Part shown: in pieces, positions 60,981-64,000 of the stretch
Layout of the letters: each line of letters begins with the position of its first letter
Numbering within the stretch: position 1 is the first letter of the stretch
Origin: the human T2T-CHM13v2.0 reference genome, Homo sapiens
Direction: 5' to 3' (one strand)
Assembly (NCBI RefSeq): GCF_009914755.1
Contig: NC_060940.1
Length of the DNA: 64,000 bases
Notes under the pieces: generated by a model
What the model saw: the letters and a program-made list of their open reading frames with translations, nothing else
Databases searched by the model: none
What the model was told of the DNA's origin: nothing
Position numbers and translations under genes: made by a program

Positions 60981-62303
60981 GTTAGTAATGTTTGCTTTCC
61001 GATCATATTTATTACTAAGCTGGAGGGGAGATTTTCCAGAACACCTAAGTAATCATGATACATTTATTTTGTTGTGGGCTTATTGTCAAAGAGTGCCTTT
61101 AAATTATATAAAAGTTAGGCCGTGGTAGGCTAATTCCTTATCCCTAGGTGGAACATCTTTAAAAGATAATCTTAGAGTTACAGCCTCACAAAAATTGTTG
61201 TGTTGCCCTGATTAGAAAGAAAAGATATTCTAAAGAACCTGTGTTCTGGTCCTGGTTGTTGGTTTCTTGAAGAACCCTGATGGAGAGGCCTGGTCCTTCC
61301 CAAAGTGAAAGGATGAGCCAGTGTCAAGAGTCCAGGAATGCCAGACATGTGTTCCCCAATCTTCTTGCCTACTGTGTCGCCTGGGAAGAGTAAAACCTAT
61401 TGTGAAGTGAATGCTTTCCATCCCTGTCTTAAGGGTCTGGGACTTAAGGGTGGTGGGGCCCAGGAGGAAGATCTATATATTTTTGAGAGTCCATTTATCC
61501 TTTGAGAAAATAATACCCAAAGCTTACTGAGCACTGTTCTAAGTTCTTTACATATTTTAACTCATTTAATCCCCTAATTATCCTATAAAAGAAGTAGTAT
61601 TATTACAATATCACTTTACAGATGCAGAACCTGAAGCTCACAGAGGTGAAGTGGCTTGTCCCAAGTCCCAGCTATAAGAGTGTCTGGCTCCAGGACACTC
61701 TTAATCATTATACTTCATCTTACAGTGTAATATATAACCAGCAGGAATAGAACCACAGAAAAGATGAATGCCTCCACACTTCCTTTTGGAAATAAATCAT
61801 AAAGCAATCATGTACATTTTAAGAGGCACTCAGCTGATGTGGTGAAGTGTACAGTTCTGGAGTCAGGCTACAGGGTTCAATCCCTGCACTGTCACTTACT
61901 ACTTAAGTGATACCTTGGGCAAGTTATTCATAGCTTTTATGTTTTGGGGTTTTTTTGGTGGGGACTGAATAAGTTAAAACATATAATCAAATACTCAATA
62001 AATATTGGTTAATATTACTTTTCAATCAAAACCTTCTTCAAGCTCAATGTTAGGGATGGTCTTCAAATAAAGAATAATTATCCAGTATTTAACATGCTTT
62101 CATGTTAAGCCAAAAGGGTCATAGACTCTGAAATCCCTTGAAAGGCAAAAGCAGATAAGTGAAAGCAAGATAAATAGATATCTTCCTGGTAAACTGACTA
62201 ACTCACTCTGAGAAATACAGAATGTATAGATGGTATCTACACTACTCTAACATAATGAAGAATAACATTTCTTCTAAACACTGTTTCTTTTCTGCCCCTT
62301 TAG

Positions 62304-62511
62304 GGACAGTTTTAATTCCAGGAACCACTCAGCTGACCCAGAAAGACATTCTCTACAGACTACAATCTTCAAAAGCAAACTGCATTATCACCAATGATGT
62401 TTTAGCCCCAGCAGTAGACGCTGTTGCATCCAAATGTGAAAATCTGCACTCCAAGCTGATTGTATCAGAGAACTCCAGAGAGGGGTGGGGGAACCTCAAG
62501 GAGTTGATGAA
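62304..62511 (+). CDS. ACSM3: ACSM3 exon 4 (gene continues past the window)
   Basis: GTVLIPGTTQLTQKDILYRLQSSKANCIITNDVLAPAVDAVASKCENLHSKLIVSENSREGWGNLKELMK; ttag/gtgagt boundaries, 208 nt, phase-consistent. Confidence 0.96.
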
Positions 62512-63670
62512 GTGAGTAGCCACACTTGTTGTAAAACAGCTTCCCAAAAGGAAAGGCAACAATAAAAAGATATTAAACCCAGCAGTGATTAGAAAAATGC
62601 AAATTAAAACAACAGGCAAAGGGAACAGTTGGTAGTTATTGCTGCACTAATAGTGCTAAACTCTGAAGTAGGAAGGAGCTTGGAGTGCTTTTTGTAGGTT
62701 GGGATCCCCTGAGATTGGAGATTGGTGTATAGGAAGTTTATTAAGGAGTTCTTTTGGGATTAACACCTGTGAGGAATGAGTAAGAATGTCGGACTGGGCA
62801 GAGAAAGAAATTTATTTGCGATGTATTCCCTACAAAGCTTTCAGTCAACCCACTGGGACCTCTGAAGGACCTCCTCAAAGCTGTTCCCAGCTAAAGCAAG
62901 AGGTCCTGGCCTTTATATACCCACATTGATCAGTAATTGGATGGGGTTGTCCCTAGGAGTCAAGACCTTTAACAAAGCCACTGTCTTCAGTCAAGGCAAT
63001 CTCTAGAGAGTGCTCCCAGCACCTGTCACTGAAGGATCACAGTCAGTCCTTCAGTGTTGGCTATCCCATTCCCTTGCTGACAGCAACACTGGTATCAGGT
63101 TAAAAGAAAAAATGCTTAATGTTAATGGATGCAATTATAAAAGTGAATTTCACTGATGTTGAAGCCTAGCATGGGGTGTTTCCATGGGTTACTTGGAACT
63201 CTTGCCAGGTACTGGTTATGCCTTAGAATTGGGCTGGCAGCAAAGTCCTTCTCTAGAATGAGCTTCCTACCTTTACTCAAGGATTTGGGAGCATGCTTGC
63301 AACTATGGACTTTTCCTACCACATTTAAAATTCCTAATATTGAGTTCTTGCCAAAGGCCAAGTACGGTTCTAATAAAAATAATGTTATAATTGCAATCAT
63401 AGCTTATATTGATACGGTTATGTGCCAGAAACTATTCTAAGGACTTCAGATATATTACCTCATTTAAACCTCACAGCAACCTAGGTACTATAATTACACA
63501 GCTGAATAAGGTCAAATGCTAGTATCTGGCAGAGCTAAGTTTCAAACCCAGGCAGTATGGGTGCTGAGCCTACACTCCTCACTTCTGTATGTACTGCCTC
63601 TAGTAAGAGATCAGTACAACAACCCTTCCTCAGGTTTTGAGGGCAACCGTATTGGTGATGGAAGTGATAG

Positions 63671-63981
<311 letters not shown>

Positions 63982-64000
63982 TATAGATAGTATTTTTAAT

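Overview
Primate (human-type) genomic DNA; gene content and order match the chr16p12 ACSM cluster as I recall it. Left to right: (1) the last 10 exons of an unprocessed ACSM4-like acyl-CoA synthetase pseudogene (+, 3281-17921), carrying frameshifts, broken splice sites, a catalytic Lys->Arg change and a premature stop. One intron holds an old ND5/tRNA NUMT, a MER1A and a 5'-inverted L1PA. (2) The complete 4-exon THUMPD1 gene (-, CDS 26670->21811, 353 aa) with a CpG-island promoter and a ~3.2 kb 3'UTR. (3) About 21 kb of repeat-dense intergenic DNA with solo LTRs and a deeply nested L1/LTR/Alu cluster. (4) The 5' part of ACSM3 (+): an HNF1-type promoter, a non-coding exon 1 and coding exons 2-4. 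I found no new protein-coding system and no CRISPR or rRNA. The least explained signals are several 55-72 bp locally templated copies (one inverted), a micro-inversion in an LTR, a tiny TSD-flanked poly(A)-tailed retrocopy of an ERV1 LTR fragment, a ~70-nt intronic hairpin, a pure (GAA)27 tract, an open 86-codon N-terminal extension of THUMPD1 and candidate repeat-derived upstream ACSM3 exons. Repeat family names and comparisons to orthologues come from memory and need RepeatMasker/BLAST confirmation.
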